Below are positions 38,255 to 49,265 of a stretch of 64,000 nt of DNA, piece after piece. Position 1 is the stretch's first letter; every line of letters starts with the position of its first letter. The position numbers were made by a program, and so were the translations under genes. The notes under the pieces were generated by a model, which was not told where the DNA came from, did not search any database, and worked only from the letters and a program-made list of their open reading frames with translations. Source of the DNA: Moniliella sp. 'wahieum' (Eukaryota); assembly GCA_003971905.1 (NCBI GenBank), contig RSEE01000006.1:310001-374000 (forward strand), in the 5' to 3' direction.

Positions 38255-39283
38255 GCCCGCGCACTGGGGGGCAGGTTTCGACGGCGGCGGTGGGAAGCGG
38301 TGGCGGTGGCAGAGACCAGTGACCAAGATAGGAGACCGCAACCCGCGCCAAATCCAATCGGCAATCGGCCGCAATCGGCAGCCTCCCAAAAGCCAATCGC
38401 TGCTGCCGCCTCTCCACCCGCCCAGAACCAGGCCGCGCCAATTGTGACATTTCATTTTGGCGTTGGTGAAAAACTCCCGTCATCGATCATCCTTCTGATG
38501 TCACCGGTGTCACCGGTCGCCACGGCTTCCATCACAGGCGCAGACACGAGATAGGGTTATTGTGCCAGGTGCTTGTGTCTGCCGGTTTGCATTGTGTGCA
38601 ACAACAAAAGGCACTCATCGAACTCATCATCCACCCAAGAAGTATATACACAGGACACAACCGAGCCGCGCCAGCGGGTCTTCCATTCCTGGCGCACACC
38701 TCTTTTCTCAGCGGGCCAAGCCTTTTAGTGGGTAACAGGCATCGAGACGAAAAACCTAGTACGGAACTCGGAGAGACTCATCATCGTCCCCGACTGGCTG
38801 TGTGTGAGGCCCGAGACTCGCAGGCCTTGTGATTGTGTTGTGTTGTCATTGTGTTGATCGACTCTCGGATTGGTCAGGAAGAAGGTAGGATCTTCATTAA
38901 TCATTGCCGATCCGGGGGGGGTGAGGATGAGGTAAGTAGTGTCAGGTCTGACATGTGGCAGGTTGTCCAGCTACTGTTGTAGTGGGCTCCGCACAACCAA
39001 CTAAGTATAAAATGTCTGTCGTCACGCTGAAGGAGACAACGCGGCGCGGGGGCAGTGTAAATCAAACACAATCAATTGCAAGAGGGGCTACCGGCCCTGT
39101 AATACTATGTTGGAACCTCATCAACGTTCTCAACAACCTCTCAGCTCGGGCGTGGGGGCTAGTGGTAGCTTGACGTCTATATAGTCCATCTACTTGAAAG
39201 GCTTCTGAACTCCAACTGGAGCTTTTGCCCACCCACAGCCAGTACCCCTAACATAATCTTCAGCCCTCACAACTTTTGGCTTT

Positions 39284-41285
39284 ATGCCCGCCATGATGCC
39301 ATTCTCTCCTACAAGCAGGGGTTCTTCGTCTCTCCAAAGCATCGCTCTTTTACTCCATGAGAAACTTCCACCTCCACCTCCACCCGCCCTGCCAACGGTC
39401 AACATCCGCAATGGTATCAGCGCCAGAACTGATACCAACGGCACTCCGATCCAGTTCTCGCTTAGCCCTCACATCAGTTCTCAGATTAAAGCTGCCTTCC
39501 ACGATATGTGCAACGATGCCCTTCGCTCCCTGCTCGACCGCTTCCGCTCAGAACTGGAGACGACCGCATCCTTCAATCCGTTGAGTCCTGCCCAAGTCGA
39601 AGGGGTCATCAAGCATGCCTACCAGTATGCCACCCAAAGCATTCAACAACCCCTGCCTGACCTACTCCAAGCCATGCGCGCCAGCCAAGGGAGCACGATG
39701 CTCAGCAGCCGCGCAGTCTTCCTTTCTTTTGTGGAGACCTTTACCCTCTATGTTTCTGACGAGGTTCTATCTCCTCTTTTAGATGTGGTCCGACAAAAAC
39801 CTCATCTCTCAAAGCGCCTGCGGGCAGGGGTCCAGCATGCAGAACCGGCAGCGTCCCCGGCCGATTCATCCCCAACAAGCCGTCGCTATTCTGAAATATG
39901 CGTTTACCCTCTCCCCGCATTCTACATGGGCCGAACAGCAGGTCCTCAGCGACCTGACGAAACTCCGACGAGCACAGGTTACCGCTTGGGTACGTTACTC
40001 GCGGCCCCCACGGCGTGTCAGACAGAGGGATGAGAGAGGAAGCACTAACATGAGAGAACACAGCAACAGAATCAGCGACACCGTTCCAACCCCATCAAAG
40101 GGAAAAAACAAGCCAAGCGGGCCAACAATGGAACGCAATCAAAGGCTCTCCTGATGGCATCCCGTCTCGCTCGCCTTTGTCGAGCATCTCTGAACGGGGT
40201 AGAGACAGCTACGAATTTCAGGGGAACCAACATGAGGAAGAGATGCAAGAGGACAAAAATGATGATGAGCAAGATGCCCTGTGCAAGAAAAAGAGGAGGA
40301 AGAGAATGAGGAGGCTCAATGCGATTGGGGAAACCATGGTAAAAGGGACCTGCCCCTTTCCTCATCAAATTACGACCAAATTCTCGAGCAAAGACAATCT
40401 CGAGCAGGGCGAGTATGTTTTCTCTCCCGCGCGCCTCTGAGCAACTGCTTTTGACCGGGATTCAGCACTGTTCGCGTCCCACGTTCCACCACCGTTTCTG
40501 ACGACAGCTTTATGGGCATGGCGCCAATGTATTTCAGCCACGGCCTATCCCTCTCCAGATCACCCGAATCCCAACACTACTTTCGAGTGGGTTTAGCCCT
40601 CAAGCTCCTACTATCTGTGATGATGGTGGTCCGGTCGACTTAGGTGTGTTGGAGCATGCTCCAGATCCCCACTTCGCCCCCCCACCACTGCCTCAGTTCC
40701 AGGTCCAGCCTCCCTTCCGGCGAAAATGGGCACTGGACTCTGGTTGCGGCACATAAGCCAGTGGCAGGAGTCATCCCATCCCCCAGGGGCCTTGACAAGT
40801 GTACCCTTCTCTTTCATCCCAAGTTCTTTCTCAGCATTGGCAGCGCGCGCAACCCTTTTGCCCCCCTGCACATCATCTATGCCAGGCACCCCACATGCCC
40901 ATCTTTATTCCCCGGACGCATTTCAACCAGGCTCATCAGCCTTACTACCCCTCCCACTGTCTTCAGCACACCACAGTTTGGAGATGGCGGCCCGATGTCC
41001 TACTTACGTTTGGATGAGACTAGCATGGTTGAGCACCAATTCGTCATCACCTTCGTTACATCTACTCCCGTGTCAGCCAGCACTACCCTTCCTGCGCAAC
41101 CGAGTTCGCCTGAGATACTAATAGAGGTCCTATCTGCTAATCAGCCCCCTAAGTGTGAACGATATGTGGAGGATGGGGACCAATCGTCATGTTCGTCTTC
41201 TCTCCGTCCGTTTGACCCTGGCTTCACCCTTAAGTCTCTGCCCTGCAATTTTCTGCTCTCATTCAACATCTTTGCCATCACCTAA
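39284..41285 (+). CDS. Homeodomain protein A (HD2-like, atypical helix 3 WQQNQRHR)
   Basis: RQRPRPIHPQQAVAILKYAFTLSPHSTWAEQQVLSDLTKLRRAQVTAW | intron 39990-40063 (GTACGT..ACTAAC..CAG) | QQNQRHRS. N-terminal ORF 39284- joined by a frameshift near 39795. 3' end uncertain. Confidence 0.75.
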
Positions 41286-42234
41286 AGGAAGAGTGCTGAT
41301 GTATTCCGACGGATTGTCAGTTCGATAGTAGCACACTGATGGCACATCAATTCCCATGTCCTTTTCTTTTCCTCTGTCCTTCTGCTCTTGCTCAATATAT
41401 ATGGAGCTAATACGGGCACACATTGTCTGTGACGCTACGATTGGAACACTATATATATGATTGACCACAGCAAGCGGCCACCATCCCACGTCTTCCCTAT
41501 CGACACGGTTGTAACCTTCCCCATGAACAACACCTGTATCCACCCCGATTCTCCACCATCACGACACGAAGAAGATAATGCGCATTGGTGTGGCCAAAGA
41601 GTATGAACGGAAAATGAACGACACTCTTGCAATAATCAGTGGGGAAATATGGCAAAAGGCAAGGCGCAAATAGGTGCTCGTGAGAGGGCAGTGATTTCTC
41701 TCTGACCTTGTGCGGGAAAAGTCGGCTCGCCCAGTGTGCCCCTGGGCGGAGAGCGATAACTGTGGAGCATGAGCAACACTTGCCTAGTGGCCTATGCGGT
41801 GGCTGTTGAAACTCGTATTCTCTCACAGTGACGCCCACCCCGACTATACGACGACGGTGGTCCATCAGGCGCGACAGCACTGTAGGAAGTACTCTCTCCT
41901 TAGCCAGGGGGAATGGGGTGAGGTAGCAGCATAGCCGTTTTGGGTTGATAATGAACACATCTCAAAGGCCTCTCAATATGAGGGGCACTTGATTCTGCGC
42001 AGGTGGGGGGCCTTTACTGCTCAATAGGGCTCGAAGGTAAAAACCTATTAAAGCAGAGACCTCGTCCATCCCAATCTTGCTCCTGGTCTCTGGTCTCGCC
42101 CACATTCATATCCTCTCTCTTCCTCTCCCCATCGCCAGCCATCCCAACGTCCCTTGATCGCGCTCTTCCCTTTGTCTGACCACACACCCCAACCCGCGCC
42201 CGATCCCGAATTCAAACACGGCACCGAGCACGCC

Positions 42235-43524
42235 ATGGACGGAACCGCGAATGCTGGAAGTGCACACCCTTTGAACCCTGACATCCAAACCGACTTTCGC
42301 GACCGGTGCATGCATTGGCTCCGTCCCCGCATGGTCCAGTTTCGCTCCCAACTATGGGGCATCAAGGACGCTTTCGGCATCAACCATTTCAATCAGCTCC
42401 AGGTCGACAATATTTGCAAGTGTGCTTGCCAGTACGCCTACGAGGGCCTTCGGCAGATAGCCAAGGACTTGCCAGAGGTAATTCCGGTTCGTGAGGACAA
42501 CAGCCGGACGATTCGCGAAGAACAAGTCTTTTGGGCCCATGTCACAACATTTATTAACTACGTCGAGGTTGAGGTCCTACCCTGTCTCTTCAAAGTGGCA
42601 AAGGGCCTCAAGTCCGTTGATCCCATTCCCAACCAAAAAGGGATGAGTAGGGAGGACAACAACTCCCGTACCCGCAAAAGGGAGGACATACCCGACGATA
42701 AGGCTCATGTTCTGAAGCAGTCCTACAACTTGTGCAACACTCCTACCAAGGCTGAGCAGCGCGAACTCAGTCAGCTGATTATTCTTAAATACAAACAAGT
42801 TAATGGCTGGGTATGCTTTGGTGGCGCTCTCCTCGTGTGTGAGACCAAAAGTGTGTGTGAAAGACCAACAGTCTAACCCGCATGTGTGGAATGCTACAGT
42901 TTCAGAACAAGCGGTACCGCTCCAAACCCTCCAGCAATAACGAAGAACCGAGTGTGCGGGCCGGGAGCATCCTCGGGCAAAAAAGAAAGTTGACGGAAAG
43001 TGAGAGTCAAGATCCGGGGAAAGAGGCAATGAAGGCAGTGAGGGAAGGAACCTGGACCAGGAAGCGGTTTGTATGAGCACCTTTTTCGGCGATGCGGACA
43101 ACCTTGACCTTGTCTCGCAGGAGCCTTGGTGAGTTTTCCCCATATCCTTTGTTGTTGCTGTTTTGGATTCTGACCGTATGGTGGGCTTCCAGCCTGCGCA
43201 GCCCATTCCCCGCTCCCGAGTTAGCCAGTACTCAAGGTCAGCCTAACCCCGCCGAACGTAGTATCAACTGTTGGTTTCGGAATAAGGATGCATTTTCGGA
43301 TGTATTTTCCCAGTTTATTGTCAGCGGCCATGAGTTCCCCGACTACATTCCGGGCGATTTCGGCATTCCGAATCCCAGTGACCCTGCCATGCACACTCCC
43401 CAATGAACCGGTGACGCTCGCTGCCTCGACTGTTGATTCGTTCTGTGCGCGGGCTGCGGAATCTCCCTTTGTTTGCGCTGAATCACTTCCCTTGCCATTT
43501 TCTCGTTCCCTTCAGCTTGCTTGA
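42235..43524 (+). CDS. Homeodomain protein B (HD2-like, WFQNKRYR)
   Basis: RKREDIPDDKAHVLKQSYNLCNTPTKAEQRELSQLIILKYKQVNGW | intron 42811-42899 (GTATGC..TCTAAC..TACAG) | FQNKRYRSK. Second intron ~43129-43192. 3' end uncertain. Confidence 0.85.
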
Positions 43525-43991
43525 AGGACTTATGGCTGCCTGCCCTGCCTTCTGGTATGTCTTGAAGGTGTTCCTCTGTTCTTCCTGTTCTCAAGTTGCA
43601 CATCGCAATGCAGCTAACGTGAACGCCTTTTTATGGCTGTGCGACTGCCCTGCCTTCTCGTAACACGCGTTGAAGTTCAGCTCGTGTTGGTCGTAGCGTT
43701 CCCTATAGCCACACTTATAGCACTCTCACCTTCACTAGATCCTGAATTTTTTTTTTCTGTGTGATTAGTGCACGCTTCTGTTGCATCTTGTGCGTTTCTG
43801 GCTCGCTTCTACAATATGTCGAACGTTGCTGTGCAAGTCAGTTAGAGTTTTTTTGCATTATAATTTGGCACGCCCTTTCTTAGTTCACATCTCACATGCA
43901 ACCCTTGCTCCCCACATAATCCCCCTTTCGCCTGTCGTGCCCTTCTTCCATATACCACACTCCCTCACCACACCGATCCCTAACGCCTACT

Positions 43992-45106
43992 ATGGACGCC
44001 GGTAACCCCGTTTCCTCTGTGCCGTTACGCAGCCCTGCGCCGCGCGAGGTGCGCCAAGCGCCACGCTCGCTGGCCGTATCGAAGGTCTGCCATCGCTGCT
44101 TGTCCCGCTCGACGGACTTAAGCCCGACGACGAGGACGTTCGGGAGATCATCGAGGCTTCTGAACCTACTCTCCGCCCCATCCGTCGCTTGCTCTACACA
44201 GGCATGGCCTATGGCACAATGCGCGTCACCACGGGCAACACCATGCAGACCCCTTGGGGGACTGTTGCTCGATGGGCGCAGTACCATTACTTCTACCTCG
44301 ATGAGGGGCGGGTGTGATGTTCAACTGCTGGGTGTACGAGGGAATTCACCGCGTCCTGAGATTCAAGCCCATCCGGCCCCCCGGCAAGCCACCGCAGCCC
44401 TTCAACTCCGTATTCAAGATGAACCTTCTCGTTCCCCTAAGCCAAGCGCGATGATGCCGCCCCCCTCAGTCAGGCACCCAGCCCCACCGTGCGTGCAACC
44501 TGGGCCAAGGCCTACTTGACCCCACGCCGTGCCCCAGACGGGACAAGCAACGCCACCCCACCATCGTCTCCCTCTTTCGAGAATGACGGCAGCTCTTCGG
44601 CGTTCTCTTCCCCTTCCAGATCATCCCATTACATTACAAGATGCTCTCAGTCTTTCCCAGAGAGCGAGACGTCGTTGCCCGTCAATTCTGAAGCCAGTTC
44701 CATTAGCACGCCTAATCAACAGGAGTCCGTCGAAGAGAGGCAAGCGAGCCAGTTCAGCCTCATGTCTATTGACAACTCTGGCAGATGGGGGGCTAATGCG
44801 CGCCCCATGAGTGGCATTGAATATACTGGCTCATTTTCCTTAGTCCGATCTCCCCACGCATCCCTACCCGTTCTCCCCCGTTCCACACACTTTTTTCGGC
44901 AGAGAGCGATGAGCAACCGTCACGTGACAGCGATTGCACCCCCAATGTTGTCCATTCATGGTCGTCCAATGACTCGGATGATTTCCTGTCCTGTTCTCCA
45001 CACCTGCTCTAGTTTCCGCCTTGCTGGTGAGCCTGGCCATGTCTTTCACGTCATTGGGCAACCCTTCTTCCCTCCCTCCTACTCCATAAGTCACTTGCGA
45101 GGCTGA
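43992..45106 (+). CDS. Hypothetical (orphan) protein, frameshifted
   Basis: ATG 43992, then protein-like frames LAGRIEGLPSLLVPLDGLKPDDEDVREIIEASEPTLRPIRRLLYTGMAYG..WAQYHYFYL / FNCWVYEGIHRVLRF, then Ser-rich ORF 44489-45106. Confidence 0.45.
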
Positions 45107-45515
45107 AGGACAACAGAAAAAGAGAAGCGTATCGTCAGTCTCCCCACCTTTTACAAATAGGAGCATTCAGATCACCGTTCCTGTTTTTCCCTCTGTTGAA
45201 TCTTATTAGTTCTCTATAGTAACAGGGCCCCAGACCCCCATTATTACACGACAACTAATACTAGCAACTACGCCTCCCCCCTCCCACAACCACTTCATAT
45301 GATGTACGAAAACCGAGCATGTGCCCGCGGTACGAGCATATGCTCTGTAGTCTACATGATGAGAAGGATCGCTTGGACACGCAAACACTTTTCTTCGTTC
45401 TTATTTTCCGACCGGTATGTGGACAGAACCTTATTGAATCGTATTCTATTCCCGCAGTTCTCCGTCCTATACACATACTATAATCCTTTCTTTGTTATAT
45501 TACCTTGAAGTTGCA

Positions 45516-47155
45516 TTAGGATGAGGTCGTTGGGGTGTCCGGATGGGTACTGTGAACGACCTGAAGAACTTGTTTGTACAGGGTCTGGATTTGGACCAGC
45601 TTCTGCTCATGGTCTAGCCGGCGGCACTCCTCCAAACATGGCCAAACCGCCTCTGGGTTGATCCAGTCGCCATCAAAGTCGCCGTTCATGAAGGTGCCAA
45701 TGTTGCTGACTGATATGCCAGCGCGGTGGTGTCAGTGACGGGGACTGAGGGAAGTTGTAGGTGCGGATGCGATCCCAGCGGTCCAGGTCTGGACCTGCTC
45801 GATGCGCATTGCCACACTATCTGCCATTTCGGCCTGGCGAACACGTTCTTGCAAACGGGCCCGGAGAACCATCCACGCCTTGGTACGGTTTTGGTGCTGG
45901 GAACGACTGTCCTCAATGCGCACAACGGTGCCCGTGGGTTCGTGTGTGAGGCAATGGCGCTTTCGGTTTTGTTGACGTGCTGCCCACCGGCACCAGAAGA
46001 GCGCATGGTTTCGACACGAACTTCCTTGGGATCAATATAGAATTCGTCGCTCTTCTGTTGGTTCGGGCATATGGGCAGCACGACGGTAGCCATGGTACTG
46101 GTTTGGAGCTTTCCCGTGCTTTGGGTGATCGGAACGCGCTGGACACGGTGAAACGCCTCCTTCCCACCGCATTCGCTCGTAATGTTGATCCTCCCTTCCT
46201 CGCCGGATCGGGGGTCGGTGATGCGCATCAACACTTCCTTCATCGCTTCCGAGCTCTGCTGGGTGGTGGTACTGACTTCCATAGGAGTAGCGGACATGAT
46301 GTCTACCAGCCAGCCAGCATTGCTAGCAAATTTTTGCAGCATACGGGCCACCTGGTTGGTAAACAGACCTGCTCGCCCCCACCCACACCAGGGCGGCATT
46401 CGACAATGACGCCCTCTGGTTCGACGCCGGCGCGCACTTCGCGGGTACCAGTGAGGCCCGTAGTCACGTCGGCACGCACACTGGCCGAGCTAGCTCGGGC
46501 CTTGATCAGCTGGACACCCGCTTTGTATAGTGCGTCGTACAGGGAGATAATATGACTGCGAATAGACATGCGCTCCTCGGCCAAGCGTTGCATTACCGCC
46601 CGCTCCTCCTCCTCTGCCAACGCACGCATCTCCTCGTCCGCGTCGGCGGCAGATTGTGCGGCGAGCTCGCCGACTGTACCTGCTGCCGCTCCAGATCGAC
46701 GTATGCCTGGTACCGGTAGTAGAGAGGGTCTATCAGGCCGAGGGCACGGGATGCCGATACCGAGACAGAATGAGGGTTGGCTTCTTGCTGCGGGCGCGGT
46801 GGGGCAGACATGTACCAGTCAGTCGCCGCACATGCCAAAAAGAACAAGCACGTACCTGGGCATGGAGAACGTCGCGTACGTGCAAAAGCCGCTCCACCCC
46901 GTTCAGCACCGAGTCGGATCCAAAGCGTTCGGGGAAGCGGGCTGCCAGGCTTTCGCCCGTTGCGTCCTTCTTGGACACGACAACGGACGTGTGCAGCGAG
47001 CGCAGCTGGCGGGGCGGGGACATACGTCGCAGTAGGCATGGCGGCTGTGACGGCAGCCGTGGCGGCCGCTGTGGGCGCGGCAGCACGCGTGGCGGAGGCC
47101 ACACCGGCCTGACCGCCGCCGTGGACGAGCGGGCGAGGAGGTGGCGAGGGACCAT
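45516..47155 (-). CDS. MRF1: Mitochondrial peptide chain release factor 1
   Basis: HRVQRVPITQSTGKLQTS (PxT motif), MRSSGAGGQHVNKTESAI (GGQ), EDSRSQHQNRTKAW; Arg-rich presequence-like N-terminus. Confidence 0.92.
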
Positions 47156-47572
47156 GGGTGGCAGCAGGAGCAGCCGCACCACCACCCGGCACCTCTCCGA
47201 CACCACTCGCACCGCCCGCCCCACTGCCCGAAGAAACGGCCGCGAGAAGCCAGCATTAAGTACTGCAATTGCAATGGATCCATCATGCGTCATTGCATCA
47301 TCATGCATCCGCCCTGCAAAAGCGGAGCGCCGTTCCAGTTGCCCATTTCAAATGCAGCCTACGCACGTGACTGTGCCCGGCGGGCGGGCTGACGTCAGCG
47401 AGCGCATGGTCTGGGCGCTGGTTCGGGCGTTTGAAGTTTGACGCTTGGACACTGAACTTGAACGTTCAACGGGGCGACTGAATTCACGCCCATACAATTC
47501 AGTTCCAGTCGGCGCCAACTCACCACCGCCGCTGGGATCGCCTCTCACCCACGGCCCCTCCCACCCGCTGCC

Positions 47573-49123
47573 ATGGCTGCTGCGCCCATCCCGCTCGTGC
47601 CCATCCGCTCCGCCTGGCTCGATGCCAACGCACAGCGCATCCGCAGTCGCCCCATCCCCTGGGAGGGATACCAGCGTGCCGATCTCGTGTCCGCCGCCGA
47701 GCTCAAGCTGATTAAAAAGGTCGACAAGCCCCGTGCCGGCGGGGAGACCCCCGTCGCCGACGCAGATGCCCCCGAGTATGCCCTTCTTTACCTCCGTCTC
47801 CTCACCAAGCTTTCTCGCACCGACACGCTCCAGCAAATCCTTGTCCTCATCGACGACCTCCTTACTGGCCGTGACGACCGCGCCCAGCTCCTGTTCGCTG
47901 CTGCCGCCGATCCGGTCGATGCTCCGGCCGATGCACCTCTGCCCGCTGCCCTGCCCTGGGGACCATTTCTGAAGTATGTATTACTTTCCCGGCCTCCTTC
48001 CTCTCCCACTTCTTCATTGGCAAGGCTAACAGAAGATCGTACAGACATTTGGATGCCCAGGATGAGTTTGTGCAGGTCAAGGCTGCTCAGTTCTTGTTGC
48101 TGCTTCTCGTGTCGGAAAAGACACCCCCGCCGCCTGGCGTGTTTGCCCGTCTGGTCGACTACATTTACACCCTTCTCCAGAGCGCTGGAGAGGACTGGTG
48201 CGCCTTCGTTCCTTACTGGTACCGGGTATGCCGACGGCAATGCGCTCGACTTGGCTACCCAGCTGCTCAATGCATTGCTGCGCAACAGCCGGTTGCGCAC
48301 TCGATTCTGGCCCCTTTCCTCCCCGTTGCTCAAGAAACTGTTGGACATCCTCAGCAAAACGCTCGGTGCTGGTGCTGCGGCCGGGGCGGGCGCAAGCGCA
48401 GGGTCGTCTACTCGTGCCACCGCTGGCGGTCTCGTGTCGCAGTATCAGTACCAGATCATCCTCGTTTTTTGGCTGCTTTCGTTTGATCCGCAGATCGCTG
48501 CTGAGCTGAACGGTGATCAGTTGCCTGTCATCACCGTGCTTAGTGAAGTGGGCTCCGCGACCAACAAGGAGAAAGTTATCCGCGTCGTGATGGCAACCTT
48601 TGCCAACTTGCTGCGCAAGGCCCCTGAGGTTAATGCTAATGCTCTTCTCGGAGCCAAGGTCTTGCCTCTGGTAGAGAACCTGGAAGGGCGCAAATGGAGC
48701 GACGAAGACCTTACTACTGCGGATTTGCACGAACTACAGGAGGCCTTGGCGGAAAAGTTGAAGAGCATGACCACTCTCGATGTTTACCTCGCCGAGCTTG
48801 ACTCGGGCCGGCTGACATGGGACAACCCGCTGCACGAATCGGACGAGTTTTGGCTGTCGGCCACCCCGCAGCTGTTGGAGGATCACTGTACTGGTCTCAA
48901 CAAGCTGCTTGACCTGATCGCTCACGGCGAAGATCCTACCACCCTCGCTGTTGCAGCCAATGATCTGGGCAAGATTGTGGTCGTGTCCGAAACGGCCAAG
49001 CGACTGGCTAACCTCTCCCCGGCCAAGGTGCGGCTAATGCAGCTGATGTCTCACGACGACAAGGACGTCAAGTTTTATGCCCTCCACACTGTTGGTAAGC
49101 TAGTTTCGGCAGCATGGCGGTAA
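47573..49123 (+). CDS. VMA13: V-type ATPase V1 subunit H
   Basis: IRSRPIPWEGYQRA, QYQIILVFWLLSF, KEKVIRVVMATFANLL, RKWSDED, YLAELDSGRLTWDNPLHESDEFW, LAVAANDLG, VKFYAL. Intron ~47976-48044. Confidence 0.96.
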   Translation: MAAAPIPLVPIRSAWLDANAQRIRSRPIPWEGYQRADLVSAAELKLIKKVDKPRAGGETPVADADAPEYALLYLRLLTKLSRTDTLQQILVLIDDLLTGRDDRAQLLFAAAADPVDAPADAPLPAALPWGPFLKYVLLSRPPSSPTSSLARLTEDRTDIWMPRMSLCRSRLLSSCCCFSCRKRHPRRLACLPVWSTTFTPFSRALERTGAPSFLTGTGYADGNALDLATQLLNALLRNSRLRTRFWPLSSPLLKKLLDILSKTLGAGAAAGAGASAGSSTRATAGGLVSQYQYQIILVFWLLSFDPQIAAELNGDQLPVITVLSEVGSATNKEKVIRVVMATFANLLRKAPEVNANALLGAKVLPLVENLEGRKWSDEDLTTADLHELQEALAEKLKSMTTLDVYLAELDSGRLTWDNPLHESDEFWLSATPQLLEDHCTGLNKLLDLIAHGEDPTTLAVAANDLGKIVVVSETAKRLANLSPAKVRLMQLMSHDDKDVKFYALHTVGKLVSAAWR

Positions 49124-49265
49124 CAACCTACCCTCCTCTCCTTTCCTTTCCTCCCTCCCTTCTTTTTCCTTCGCCCCCCTCCTCCTTGCCCTATTAGGAT
49201 GAAAGACCATTCAATGCCTTGCCTCGGCGGGGATGCGATAGATTGGTATATAGATCTCAACGTCG

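Noticed and set aside
41259..42100. Divergent HD1 (bE-like) partner gene between the two homeodomain genes
   Set aside because: Minus-strand ORFs here show no homeodomain or WFxNxR-like motif. A highly diverged spliced gene cannot be fully excluded by eye.
38500..45500. Pheromone precursor (CAAX) or STE3 receptor genes
   Set aside because: I found no convincing short ORF ending in CAAX-stop and no 7-TM ORF. ORFs under 60 aa were only scanned by eye.
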